Source of the DNA: Ostreococcus lucimarinus
Taxonomy: Eukaryota
NCBI GenBank assembly: GCA_000092065.1
Contig: CP000594.1
DNA: 64,000 nucleotides
Reading direction: 5' to 3' (one strand)
Each line of letters starts with the position of its first letter. Positions within the stretch are counted from its first letter, which is position 1. Positions 39,825 through 50,199 of the stretch are shown one piece after another. A program made the position numbers and the translations under genes. Under the pieces are notes generated by a model, which saw only the letters and a list, made by a program, of their open reading frames with translations, searched no databases and was not told the origin of the DNA.

Positions 39825-41478
39825 CTTCGAGCATCGCGTCCATGTCGTCGTCGCCCGTCGTCTCCTTCGGCTCACCTTCTGTGAGCGGAAACATCTCCTG
39901 GTCGTCGCCGAAGAGCGCTTTGTACGCACGCTCAGCGGCGCGTAAAGCGCCCTCGAACGTCGCAAGTTCGTCTGGTCCAGGACAATATGCCACGTTCGAT
40001 GACGAGCATTCGATGTCGTCGAGATGACCGCACCGTCTCTTGTACATCGTGCCCCAAAGAACTTCGGGTTTTTCGACGTCGGCGCCGAATGCGCTCGCCG
40101 TAGAGGATACTTCGCCTCGGCGTACTAGCACGTCTAGCGCGGCATTTAAGCCTGCATAGGGATCGACGTTTACATCATCCACGACAGTGGAGAGATACAA
40201 AAGGTACTTGCCCTCTGGACAACACCCCGTGTGCGAGCCCACTTGAAGCGCGCGGATGACGGCGGTTTGCGCATCGGCGGCGCTCAAAGGCGGGAACACG
40301 ACGAGCATCTGGCCGTACTCCGCGACCAACGGCGCGTCTAAAATACACACAGCGTGCACCAAAAGCGGTCCACTGGAACGCTCAGGCGCTGGTACGATGA
40401 ATTTTCTCGCACGAATCTCTTGACCGCCCGTCGAAATCGCCGCCGAAATCGTCGTCGAGGCGTCCAACTCGCGAACGCCTTGACGCAAGACGTACGTCGC
40501 ACCATCCACGGCACCAACGCGACAGAACGCTTGCGGGATATCACCGGCACCGTACACAGGAATTAAGCACGCTCCAGTCTGCGGACCGTACTTGGCCACG
40601 CTCAAAATGTACACTTTTAAATCTTCGAGCGCCGTCGCCGCGGCGCAATCCGCTCTCGTTTGTAACGCCAGCGCGTAAGTCACGGCCGCACGAAGACTCG
40701 CGCTGAGCCCGTGCCGCGTCAAAAACGCATCCATCGTTTCGCCGTTTTCCACGCGCAATCCCTCGGCGTCGTCGTCGTCTTTCGTCGTTTGGAATTCGTC
40801 GCCGCCCCACTCGCTTCCCGGCGCGCCCACGGCGACGTTTGTCTCTTCCCCGCTCTTCCCACTTCGCCGCCGTCCGGTCGCGTCCCGCATCGCCTCCACG
40901 TGTACCGCCTTCAAAAACCGCATCAACGCCCGTTTCTCGCCCCCGGACAACCCTCGATCCTTGAACACGTCGCTTCGATTACTCGCCACCGCTCGAGCGA
41001 CGCCGTCCGCGTACACGAACGTCCGCTCGATCGCCTTGAACTCCAAATACTTGTGCGCTCCCGATCGCACGAGCGTTTCCACGAACCCATCCGCGCCGAG
41101 CGCCAATCGCGGGGCGTTTAAATCGATCGAGTACCCTCTCGCCGGCGCGTTCGCGTCCTCGTTCGCCGACCGCCGCAACCGCCTCGACGCCGTGTCGTCC
41201 ACGCGTCCCGTCTTCGCGTCCACGCACGTCCCGAACGTCTCCCACGCGTTCTCTCCGTCGATCGCATCGCTCGCGAACAGCCCGCGCGCGGGCGTCGTCG
41301 CCGCGAACGCACCGAACGCGTCGCCGTAAGATGTCCCGGCGTCCAGGCAAACGACGCGCTCGCCGCGCCGCGCGATCGCCGCGGCGAGCACCGCCTGCGG
41401 GAGCGCGGTGCCGACGATCAGGACGTCGCACGACTTCGGCAGGTCGAACTCGTCGCCGCGCGCGTCGTTCGCGGGCAT
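39820..41478 (-). CDS. Rab escort protein / Rab GDP-dissociation inhibitor family (REP-like by length)
   Basis: N-terminal dinucleotide-binding fold CDVLIVGTALPQAVLAAAIARRGERVVCLDAGTSYGD. GDI/REP conserved blocks KYLEFKAIERTFVY, LSGGEKRALMRFL and VAKYGPQTGACLIPVYGAGDIPQAFCRVGAVDGATYVLRQ. The track start 41652 is TTG; the first ATG is 41476-41478 (MPANDARGDEF). Confidence 0.7.
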   Translation of the reverse strand: MPANDARGDEFDLPKSCDVLIVGTALPQAVLAAAIARRGERVVCLDAGTSYGDAFGAFAATTPARGLFASDAIDGENAWETFGTCVDAKTGRVDDTASRRLRRSANEDANAPARGYSIDLNAPRLALGADGFVETLVRSGAHKYLEFKAIERTFVYADGVARAVASNRSDVFKDRGLSGGEKRALMRFLKAVHVEAMRDATGRRRSGKSGEETNVAVGAPGSEWGGDEFQTTKDDDDAEGLRVENGETMDAFLTRHGLSASLRAAVTYALALQTRADCAAATALEDLKVYILSVAKYGPQTGACLIPVYGAGDIPQAFCRVGAVDGATYVLRQGVRELDASTTISAAISTGGQEIRARKFIVPAPERSSGPLLVHAVCILDAPLVAEYGQMLVVFPPLSAADAQTAVIRALQVGSHTGCCPEGKYLLYLSTVVDDVNVDPYAGLNAALDVLVRRGEVSSTASAFGADVEKPEVLWGTMYKRRCGHLDDIECSSSNVAYCPGPDELATFEGALRAAERAYKALFGDDQEMFPLTEGEPKETTGDDDMDAMLED

Positions 41479-41666
41479 CGCGCGCGCGATGTGGCGGACG
41501 GTCGGTTCGCGCGCCGCGCGCGAGCGCGCGAACGCGCGGCGACCGATCGGCGGTGACGCGTCGGACGACGACGAAGCGCGGTCGTTCACGACGGCGCCTC
41601 GAGCGCGGCGACGGGCGCGAGGGACGTCTCGACGCGTAGAATTGATTGGCAAACTAACGACGACGG

Positions 41667-43311
41667 TTACTCTACTTTTTGGCGAACTTTGGCGAACTTG
41701 CCCTTGCCCTTTTCGAGGAGCGGGTCGTGGACCTCGTAATCGTTGACGTCGGCCGCGTAGGAACCGACGTCGTTTCGAGACTCGGGGACGAAGGCCAACT
41801 TGTGAGATTTCCAGTCGCTCGCGTCGTCCTCTTCGTCTTCGTTCTCCTCCATGTAGTACAAGCCCTGCGGGACGAAGCGAGAAACGCCGGCGCGACCGGT
41901 TCGTTCGTCGCCGTCTTCCGGTTTGTTCGTCGCCGACGCCGGCGCCTTTTTCGGTTGATTCGAGTTGAACGCGGCGAGACGCGCGAGCGTTTCTTTTTCA
42001 CGATCGTACACGCGAGACTTGCGCACTTTGGCCTCGATGCGCTTAACTTCACCGCTCGTCATCAACGCGGCGTCTTCCTCGCGCACGGCTCGCTTGCCGA
42101 GACCGAGCTTTTTCAGTTTGGTCGCCTCGCGTCGTCGTCGCTCGGCTTCACGCGCCTCCTTCTCCGCCCGTCGCTTTTCCTTCAGATCGCGCTTGTCTCG
42201 CTTCGCCGCGAACGCGTCGGCTTGTTCTTTGATGTCTTTTTCGATCTCTTTCAGCCCACCATCGACGTCGCCCAACTCGCGTCGCTTTCGAATCATCTTT
42301 TCGCGCATTTGCTCCTGAAACGACGCCGCGTCGGCGCCGCCGTCGGCGTCGTCCCAAGCCCTGCGCCCACCACCGCCCGCCAACGCGGCCTCGTCATCGC
42401 TCACGTCCTCGCCCATATCGCGCAAGCGCTCTTTGACGCGTTCCTTCTTTTCTTGCGCCAACGCCTTCTCGCGCGTCGTGCGCTCGAGCGCCTCGCGCGT
42501 CTCCTCGGCGTCGGCGCTCACGAGCGTGGCGTCGCCGCCGACATCGTGCGATGACTTGATCCCTTTCAACCCGACTTCTTCTAAGGTCGCCTCCTCTTCC
42601 GCCGCTTCTTCGCCGAAAGACAACAGCGCCAGCTTCTTCTTCGCCTTCTTCTGTTTTCTAAAATCCTCCACCTCCGCCTCCGCCTCCGCCTCGCTCGCGC
42701 GTCGCCTCGGCTCGATGTCTGGAAACGGATTCGCCAGCACCTCCACTCGCAAGATCTTCGGCGCTGGATCGATCGGACGATCGCCCTCCGTCTCCACGTT
42801 CCCTATCTGTATCGCGTTATACATCGTCGCTCCCACGATTTTCCCAAAAATCGTGTGCCGGCGATTCAACCACTCGCACTCGCCCAGCGTCACGAACCAC
42901 TGACTACCGTTGCTATCCCGTCGTCCCTCGTTCGCCATCGCCACCCGGCCTCGCGCGTTAAACCTTAACCTCGAGTGAAATTCATCCTTGAACCCCTTCC
43001 CGTCGTTCACCGCGCTCGCGCCGCCGCGTCCCGTGTTCGTCGGGTCGCCCGTCTGCGCCATGAAGTTGGCCACGCACCGCGTGAATTCATTCTCATCGTA
43101 ATACCTGCGTCGTAAGGCGCGTCGTTTTGTCAGTCGCGCGTCGCGCGTCTTCTCGCGCGCGTTCGACGCACCCCTCGAGCGCGAGCTGCACGAAGTTTCG
43201 GCACGCCAGCGGCGCCTCGCGGGCAAAGAATTCAATCTCTAATTCACCGTGCGTCGTGCGCACGACCGCCTTTCCCTCCGTCGGCGGCTCGAGGGCGTAC
43301 ACCGCGGACAT
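41667..43311 (-). CDS. CWC27: spliceosome-associated cyclophilin-type PPIase CWC27
   Basis: complement(join(41667..43104,43172..43311)). Exon 1 [47 protein letters not shown] ends at donor GG|GTGCGT. A 67-nt intron runs to acceptor cgacgcag, and exon 2 continues [28 protein letters not shown]…NGSQWFVTL… followed by a long K/E-rich tail. Confidence 0.75.
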
Positions 43312-43427
43312 GCGCGACGCGGCTCGCGCGCGCGCGCCGGTCGCGCGGCGTCGCGCGGCGACGTCGAGGCGGACACTGCCGCGCCGCCGGGCGCGCGTCC
43401 GCACATCGCGCCGCGGCGTCGCGCGCC

Positions 43428-45095
43428 ATGGCGCGCGATCGCCCCGCGGACGTCGCCGGGCGCAGCGAGAGCGAGCGTAAGGTGCTGGCGATCGCGGACA
43501 TCGTCGCGCAGCTCGTCGCGCGCGACGCGAGCGATGGATTCATGAACTTGAACTCGGTCAAAAACGCGACGAGCCGCAAGTACAAGCTTTCGAAGGCGCC
43601 GAAGCTCACCGAACTCATCGCGGCGGTGCCGGTGGAACATCGCGATCAGTTGCTGCCGAAACTCAGGGCGAAACCGGTGCGAACGGCGAGCGGGGTGGCG
43701 GTGGTGGCGGTGATGAGTAAACCGCATCGGTGCCCGCACATAGCGACGACGGGCAACGTGTGCGTGTACTGCCCGGGAGGACCCGATAGTGATTTTGAGT
43801 ACTCCACGCAGTCTTACACTGGATATGAACCGACGTCGATGCGAGCGATACGGGCGAGGTACGATCCGTACGCGCAGTCTCGAGGACGGGTGGACCAGTT
43901 GCGACGGCTGGGACACGCGGTGGACAAGGTGGAGTTCGTGCTCATGGGAGGGACGTTCATGTCGCTGCCGATCGATTATAGAGATTTTTTCATCAGAAAT
44001 TTGCACGATTCGCTCAGTGGGGCGAGCTCGTCGTGCGTGGATGAGGCTGTGAAGGCGTCGGAGCAGAGTAGGACGAAGTGCGTGGGGTTGACGATTGAGA
44101 CGCGGCCGGATTATTGTCAGTCACCGCATTTGCGACAGATGTTGTCGTACGGGTGCACGCGATTGGAAATCGGTTTGCAGAGCATCTATGAAGACGTCGC
44201 GCGCGACACCAATCGTGGGCACACCGTGGCGGCGGTGCAAAAGTGTTTTGAATTAGCCAAAGACGCGGGATTTAAAGTCATCGCGCACATGATGCCGGAT
44301 TTGCCAAACGTGGGCATGGAGCGCGATTTGGAGTCGTTTCGAGAATTTTTCGAGTCGCCTGATTTTAGAACAGATGGCTTGAAGCTTTATCCTACGCTCG
44401 TCATTCGAGGTACAGGATTGTACGAGTTGTGGCGCACCGGCAAGTATAGAAATTACCACCCCGAGCGCTTGGTGGATTTAGTCGCGCGAGTGCTCGCGCT
44501 CGTCCCACCCTGGGTCCGGGTCTATCGCGTCCAGCGCGATATTCCCATGCCTCTCGTCACCGCGGGCGTGGAGAAGGGTAACCTTCGTGAGCTCGCGATG
44601 GCGCGCATGGCGGATCTAGGCTTAAGATGTCGCGACGTGCGCACGCGCGAAGTCGGCTTACAAGATATTCATAACCGCGTCGCTCCGACGCACGTTGAAC
44701 TCGTCCGTCGCGACTACGTCGCCAATGGCGGGTGGGAGACATTCTTATCTTACGAAGATCCGCGACAAGACATCTTGGTAGGACTCTTGCGTCTTCGCAA
44801 GTGCGGTCGAACGGCCGCCAAGACGTCGCCTGCGCTCAAGGGCAAATGTTCCATGGTTCGCGAGCTTCACGTCTACGGCACCGCCGTCGCCGTGCACTCG
44901 CGACACAAGGGTCGCTTTCAACACCGCGGGTATGGCACTTTACTCATGCGCGAGGCCGAGCGCATCGCTCGCGAAGAACACGGCTCGAGCAAGCTCGCCG
45001 TGATTTCCGGCGTCGGCACGCGACACTACTATCGCAAGCTCGGATACGAATTAGAAGAAACCTACATGGTGAAGCATCTCTCCGCGAACGAGTAG
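43428..45095 (+). CDS. ELP3: Elongator complex protein 3 (radical-SAM + GNAT acetyltransferase)
   Basis: Radical SAM block [17 protein letters not shown]. Highly conserved ELP3 blocks throughout, with a C-terminal GNAT ([22 protein letters not shown]). Confidence 0.9.
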   Translation: MARDRPADVAGRSESERKVLAIADIVAQLVARDASDGFMNLNSVKNATSRKYKLSKAPKLTELIAAVPVEHRDQLLPKLRAKPVRTASGVAVVAVMSKPHRCPHIATTGNVCVYCPGGPDSDFEYSTQSYTGYEPTSMRAIRARYDPYAQSRGRVDQLRRLGHAVDKVEFVLMGGTFMSLPIDYRDFFIRNLHDSLSGASSSCVDEAVKASEQSRTKCVGLTIETRPDYCQSPHLRQMLSYGCTRLEIGLQSIYEDVARDTNRGHTVAAVQKCFELAKDAGFKVIAHMMPDLPNVGMERDLESFREFFESPDFRTDGLKLYPTLVIRGTGLYELWRTGKYRNYHPERLVDLVARVLALVPPWVRVYRVQRDIPMPLVTAGVEKGNLRELAMARMADLGLRCRDVRTREVGLQDIHNRVAPTHVELVRRDYVANGGWETFLSYEDPRQDILVGLLRLRKCGRTAAKTSPALKGKCSMVRELHVYGTAVAVHSRHKGRFQHRGYGTLLMREAERIAREEHGSSKLAVISGVGTRHYYRKLGYELEETYMVKHLSANE

Positions 45096-45584
45096 CGCCG
45101 AGTCCAACTTGTAAACACAAACACACTCAAACGCGCGCGCGCGATCGAGTGGGCACGAAACTTCGTCGCCGCCGCGACGTCGCCGCCGCGCTCGCCTCGC
45201 CCCCCGCACTTCACCGCTTGCACGACGGCGACGCACGCGCCCGCGATCCACCCGCGCGCGCACAAACGATGAACGGGCCGACTTTAGATTTCAGCTTCCT
45301 CGACGCCACCGCGCGCGGCTCGATGGCGTCGAAACACGTCGACGAAAGGTTCGTTTCAGATCGCGTCAACGCGCGATCGACGACTGACGCCGCGTTTTAA
45401 CGCGTTCACAGCCTCGACGCGATCGATGGAAACATGCACGAGTGTAACTTTAAAGCCCCTGCGGTGGAAGACGTGCGTGAGCGACGCGAACGCGACGCGC
45501 ACGACGAGTGAGCGCTGGCGATCGGGAGAGCAACGGTTTGGTTAGGTCGCGGCGCTCGCGAAGAGTGAAAATGGACGACTGACG

Positions 45585-46364
45585 ATGACGGTGGACGATT
45601 TGCGCGCGCAGTTTGAAGGATTCCAGCGAGAGGTGATCAATTACGTCAAACCGAACCACGGGACGACGACGCTGGCGTTTATTTTTGAGCACGGTATCGT
45701 CGTCGCGGTGGACTCTCGCGCGTCGCAAGGACCGTACATTTCTTCGCAGACGGTGAAAAAGGTGATCGAGATTAATCCGTTCTTGCTCGGGACCATGGCC
45801 GGGGGGGCGGCAGATTGTCAGTTTTGGCAGCGAAACCTCGGGATTCAGTGCCGGTTGCACGAGTTGGAAAATGGGAAGCGAATCACGGTGCGCGCGGCGA
45901 GCAAGCTGTTGGCGAACACGCTGTACAGTTACAAGGGCAAGGGATTGTCCATGGGGACGATGGTGGCTGGGTGGGATTTGAACGGGCCTGGGCTGTATTA
46001 CGTCGATAGCGAGGGCACACGGTTGAAGGGGCAGCGGTTTAGCGTCGGTTCGGGGTCGTTGTTTGCATACGGGGTGTTGGATCAAGGATACAAGTGGGAC
46101 TTGACGGTTGAGGAAGCGTGCGAACTCGGACGACGCGCGATTTATCACGCCACGTTTCGCGACGCATTTTCTGGTGGTACTGTCAGTGTGTACCACGTCG
46201 GTGCGAATGGGTGGACTAAGGTGACCGGGGACGATGTCGGCGAGTTACACTTCTCGTATTACCCGGCGACGCCGGTCGACGACGTCGATGCGCACTGCGG
46301 CGGAGAAGGCAAGAAGGAAGCCGAGGCGAGAGCGGCTACGGAAGCGAGCGCGATGGAGACGTGA
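45585..46364 (+). CDS. PSMB5: 20S proteasome subunit beta type-5
   Basis: A propeptide precedes the catalytic Thr block [23 protein letters not shown]. Other conserved blocks: [18 protein letters not shown]…[11 protein letters not shown]. Confidence 0.85.
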   Translation: MTVDDLRAQFEGFQREVINYVKPNHGTTTLAFIFEHGIVVAVDSRASQGPYISSQTVKKVIEINPFLLGTMAGGAADCQFWQRNLGIQCRLHELENGKRITVRAASKLLANTLYSYKGKGLSMGTMVAGWDLNGPGLYYVDSEGTRLKGQRFSVGSGSLFAYGVLDQGYKWDLTVEEACELGRRAIYHATFRDAFSGGTVSVYHVGANGWTKVTGDDVGELHFSYYPATPVDDVDAHCGGEGKKEAEARAATEASAMET

Positions 46365-46423
46365 GAATTGTACATCATTACGTAGCACAGTTTAATTCTG
46401 ATCTCTTTACACACTATTAATTA

Positions 46424-48940
46424 TTACTCACCGTCCAAGCCTTTGAACAGAGGGGAAGAACGCTTGATCGGCGAGATGCCGTCAATCGAGCGATTTGAAG
46501 AAGCGGGCGGAGAGCGCGGAGAGCGGATCGCCGTGATCGGCGTCGGCGCCGGTCGCGATACCGGTGAGCCGGGCGTGAATGTTCCCGGGGTTAGGAAAAA
46601 GCTTCGACTCGGCGAAGCCGCGGGCGAAGCTGATCCAGGCATCGGCGATCCAGACATGGACGACTCGAGCGAACGCAAACGTTGGGACAAAGTTTTGACT
46701 TGAGACTTTGAAGCCGACATGGCGTCGTCTTGGAGCTTGGTTAACGCTTCATATCGATTGAGCTGCGCACGCAGATCCTCTGCCTCTTCGCGCGCGATAT
46801 TTCTGCCCTCAAGCGCCTCGGCAAGATCCTTTTCGAGCGCGGCGATGCGCCCTTGGTTTTCGCTCGAAGCGCGATGCGCAGACATTTCCAGGCCGCGCTT
46901 CAGCGCGTCGATTTCGAGCTGTGCCATGTCCTGTGCGCGCTTCACCGCAGCTAACCCTTCCGCTTTTGACTCTTCGAGTTGTTTTTGGAGCGATTGCATC
47001 GTATTCGACTCGTTTTGAGACAACGCCTCCTCTTCTTCTCCCGCGAGAGAAGTCTTGCGAACGCTGAGCAATGCCCCGAGGTCTCGCACGTTGGCTTCGG
47101 ATTCTTCGAGCTCGCCCTTTAGTCGCTGAAACTTTTCTTCGTACGTCGCGCGCTCAGCTTTGAGTGCAGCGATGTGTTCGTTTGCGGCGACGAGCGCCGC
47201 CTCCATCGCTTCTCGGTCCTTCACGGACGACTCCAAACGCTCGCGCGCCTCCCGCGCGCTCAATTCAGCCACGGCTTTGGCTTTTTCAGCCTCAATCGTG
47301 CGCTGCGTAGACGACCGTATGGATGACTCGGACGCGCTTGCGACGGCCTGTCGCTCAGATGCCAATGCATCTTCCAACTCACGCGCGTGCGTACGCTTCA
47401 ATTTTGCGATTTCGCCCTCGAGATCGACGACTTCACGTCGCAACTCGGCGACGACACCTTCGCTTGACGCGTGCAATCGACTCTTGTAATGTTGCTCGGT
47501 GCGATGCAAGGCACTTTGCATATCCTGCGCACACTGCGCCTTGAGCGCGCCCAGTTCATTTATAAACCTCGCCTTCGCGTCTGCCGCGAGTTCCTTCGCG
47601 CTTTGAATTTCTGCCGTGAGATGCGTCACGCGCGCGCGCAAAATCATGACGCTTCGCTTGTGCCCGCCGACGTCGCCCAGGACCTCTTCCAAAGACGACA
47701 CCTTCATCTCCAAGTCGCGGTTTGTGATTTCGAGTCTATTCAGGTTTGCCCGCGCATCATCACGCGCGCTCTCGATGGCCCGCAATTCCCTTCGAGTCGT
47801 CGCCAGAGCTTCATCACGGGCGTGAATGACGTCGCGAGCGCTTGCGAGCTCTGCTCGAAACGATTCAAACTGTCCCATGGCTTCGTCCATGTCCCGTTTT
47901 GCCATTGTCGCCGCGTGCGTGGCGTTCGAGCGCTCGCGATTTACCGTCGCAAGTTCTTCTTCTAATGTTTCTATGCGCGTCTTCAACGCGTTCGCCTCAC
48001 GCGTCGCTCGTACCTCAGTCGACGACGCGAGCGCGCCGAATCGCCCGATGGCATCCCTCGCGCGTTGGGCGGCGTCGCGCTCAGCTTCACTCAGACGCTT
48101 TTCGCAATTTGCCACTCTCGCAGCGACGCGCTCTTCCACGCGTGACGCCGCTTCGTTGGCTTCGCGCATCCTCGTCTCCGCTGCTTCGCGCAAGGCGTTC
48201 ACCTCCGCGATTTGCGCCTCTCGCCACTCCGCCGAAGATCGTCGCACGTCTTCCAGTCGCGTTTCGCTCGTTGCGCGCTCTTCATCGAGCCGACGCGTGA
48301 GCTCATCTACGCGCGCATTCGCCGTGCGTTCACGCGTGGTCGACGCTTCGAGCGCTTCGCGAGTTTCATCGCGCTGTCGCAACACAGCCGTCGCGTGCAC
48401 GCCGAGCTCTTCATACTTTTTCCTCGTGCGCAGATGCGCGTCCCGCTCGCGACGTAACATCTCACCCAAAGAGCTCTGCGGCGCCGGTATCTCGCGTCGT
48501 CGATCAGCGACCAAACCTCTCGACGATGACGACGGGCGTGTACGTCTTCGCGTAGACGTGCCTCCTGTGGCTTGGCTGCCTCGCACGTTCCTTCGCAGCT
48601 CCTCCATGAAATCGCCGTCGGAATCGTCGCTCGCGTTCGCCGCGCCGAACCGCGCGTTCAAATTCTCCCCCTTCGGCCGATCCTCGCCCTTACCCGCGCG
48701 CGAATCGCGCTCGCTAATATACATATCCTCGCTCCGCGCGTCCCCGCTCACCTCTCGCCGCATGCGCTCCGCGAATCCCCGCGCGCGCCGTATGTACGCG
48801 CTCGACGGTTCGTCCCGGTGCGGCGACCCCCACGCCGGCACCGCGCGCACGAAATCATCCTCATCCGACCCGCTCGCGCTCACCGACGCGTCGGTAGCTC
48901 CTCGTAGCACCTTGTCGATGAGCTTTTTCGCGCTCGACAT
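46424..48940 (-). CDS. long coiled-coil protein (838 aa), unknown function
   Basis: ATG at 48938-48940. About 600 aa of heptad-like E/R/A/L-rich sequence with an S/P-rich C-terminal tail. Confidence 0.5.
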   Translation of the reverse strand: MSSAKKLIDKVLRGATDASVSASGSDEDDFVRAVPAWGSPHRDEPSSAYIRRARGFAERMRREVSGDARSEDMYISERDSRAGKGEDRPKGENLNARFGAANASDDSDGDFMEELRRNVRGSQATGGTSTRRRTRPSSSSRGLVADRRREIPAPQSSLGEMLRRERDAHLRTRKKYEELGVHATAVLRQRDETREALEASTTRERTANARVDELTRRLDEERATSETRLEDVRRSSAEWREAQIAEVNALREAAETRMREANEAASRVEERVAARVANCEKRLSEAERDAAQRARDAIGRFGALASSTEVRATREANALKTRIETLEEELATVNRERSNATHAATMAKRDMDEAMGQFESFRAELASARDVIHARDEALATTRRELRAIESARDDARANLNRLEITNRDLEMKVSSLEEVLGDVGGHKRSVMILRARVTHLTAEIQSAKELAADAKARFINELGALKAQCAQDMQSALHRTEQHYKSRLHASSEGVVAELRREVVDLEGEIAKLKRTHARELEDALASERQAVASASESSIRSSTQRTIEAEKAKAVAELSAREARERLESSVKDREAMEAALVAANEHIAALKAERATYEEKFQRLKGELEESEANVRDLGALLSVRKTSLAGEEEEALSQNESNTMQSLQKQLEESKAEGLAAVKRAQDMAQLEIDALKRGLEMSAHRASSENQGRIAALEKDLAEALEGRNIAREEAEDLRAQLNRYEALTKLQDDAMSASKSQVKTLSQRLRSLESSMSGSPMPGSASPAASPSRSFFLTPGTFTPGSPVSRPAPTPITAIRSPRSPPASSNRSIDGISPIKRSSPLFKGLDGE

Positions 48941-49262
48941 CGCTCGGCGCGACGCGCGCGACGAAAATGACGACGAGCTGTGCGCTGGATTTCAAATTCG
49001 CACGCGCGTTCGACCGTCGCGCGGCGTCTGCGCGCGCCTGGAGGCGTCTACGCGCGCGCGGTGACGTACACTTTTGTCTTTGTCGCTCGCGCGCGGCGTT
49101 TCGCGGCCCGCAATCGCGCTGCGCGCGCGCACGAGTGCGGAACGCCTTCAAGATGCGCGCGCGTTCGGGACGCATTCGAGACGCGGCGGCGAGGCGAAGC
49201 GAAGCGAAGCGAGCGGACTACAGCACCGACTAACGTAATGATACAACCATGGGCGACGCGCG

Positions 49263-50051
49263 TCAAGTCATGCCCTTTGCGATCTTGGACGCGCGCACGC
49301 GCTCGCCCTCCAACGCGCTCCGCAACGCCGCGTGCGCGGCTCGCGGACTCGTCCCTTTGGCCAACAGCGTGCGCGACGTCTGCTTGTGCCCGCGTAACAA
49401 GCTCATCTGCGCCAATCTCAACCCTAAAACCCGCGCCAAAAACTCCACTAATTCCCCGTCGCACGCGTGCGCGGGTCCGATGACGTCGACGAAGACGCAC
49501 GACGCGCTAATCTTCGTCACCGCGTGCGTCGCCGCGCGTTGCGAAATTTCTAAATCGATTTGCGTCGCCCCGCCCGCGCCGGCTATGATGCACGGCGGCG
49601 GCGGCGCGTCGTCCCCGATTCCCTCTCCCGCGCTCGCGCCGTGATCTTTTTCGTAATCGAACGCGCTCAGCGCGCCTTTATGTATGTAAAACACTCCCTT
49701 TTCGTCCGCTCTCGCGTTCGCGCCGCGAGACGCGTCCCGGTATCCCACCGGCGTCGTCCCGCACCGCGCCCTCTGTCTCTTCTCGTACGTCCCGTCTCTC
49801 CCTCGCACCGCGACGACTTCGGCGTCGAGCGCGGCGAGGATTCGCGTGGGGTGCTTCGCGAGGTCGAGCATCAGCGCGCCGTCCGTGCGTCGTCGCGGCA
49901 GCGCGGAGAGGTCGTCGCAGGTTGAGGTCATGACGTGTTGGCCGCAGAATTTGCAATAATACGTCGTGTATTTCGCCTCATCCGCGCGCTCGTGCTCGGC
50001 GTCTTCGCTGGTGAAGACGTGCGCGGACGCGCGCTTGCGTCCGGGAGGCAT
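49263..50051 (-). CDS. DUF167/UPF0235 (YggU-like) domain protein with N-terminal CxxC-containing extension
   Basis: The C-terminal region EISQRAATHAVTKISASCVFVDVIGPAHACDGELVEFLARVLGLRLAQMSLLRGHKQTSRTLLAKG matches the DUF167 pattern. N-terminus YYCKFCGQHV. Confidence 0.5.
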   Translation of the reverse strand: MPPGRKRASAHVFTSEDAEHERADEAKYTTYYCKFCGQHVMTSTCDDLSALPRRRTDGALMLDLAKHPTRILAALDAEVVAVRGRDGTYEKRQRARCGTTPVGYRDASRGANARADEKGVFYIHKGALSAFDYEKDHGASAGEGIGDDAPPPPCIIAGAGGATQIDLEISQRAATHAVTKISASCVFVDVIGPAHACDGELVEFLARVLGLRLAQMSLLRGHKQTSRTLLAKGTSPRAAHAALRSALEGERVRASKIAKGMT

Positions 50052-50199
50052 CGCGGCGCGACTCGTCGCGCGCGGCGAAAAGTGACGCCGAGGTGGAGTC
50101 AGAACGCGACGGCTGGACGCTCGCGAAGAAAGTTCGTCGATCGATCGGTGCGAGAAGCGCGCGGTGGCGCGCTCTGAAGTTGAACTAAAGCTATTTTGA

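Noticed and set aside
45450-46196. 248-aa minus-strand ORF overlapping the proteasome beta5 gene
   Set aside because: The sense strand encodes a near-perfect PSMB5. The antisense frame is open only because of GC3 bias.
47826-49064. 412-aa Ser/Arg/Ala-rich plus-strand ORF
   Set aside because: Antisense to the 838-aa coiled-coil gene. Composition is typical of a reverse-complemented E/K/A/L-rich coding sequence.
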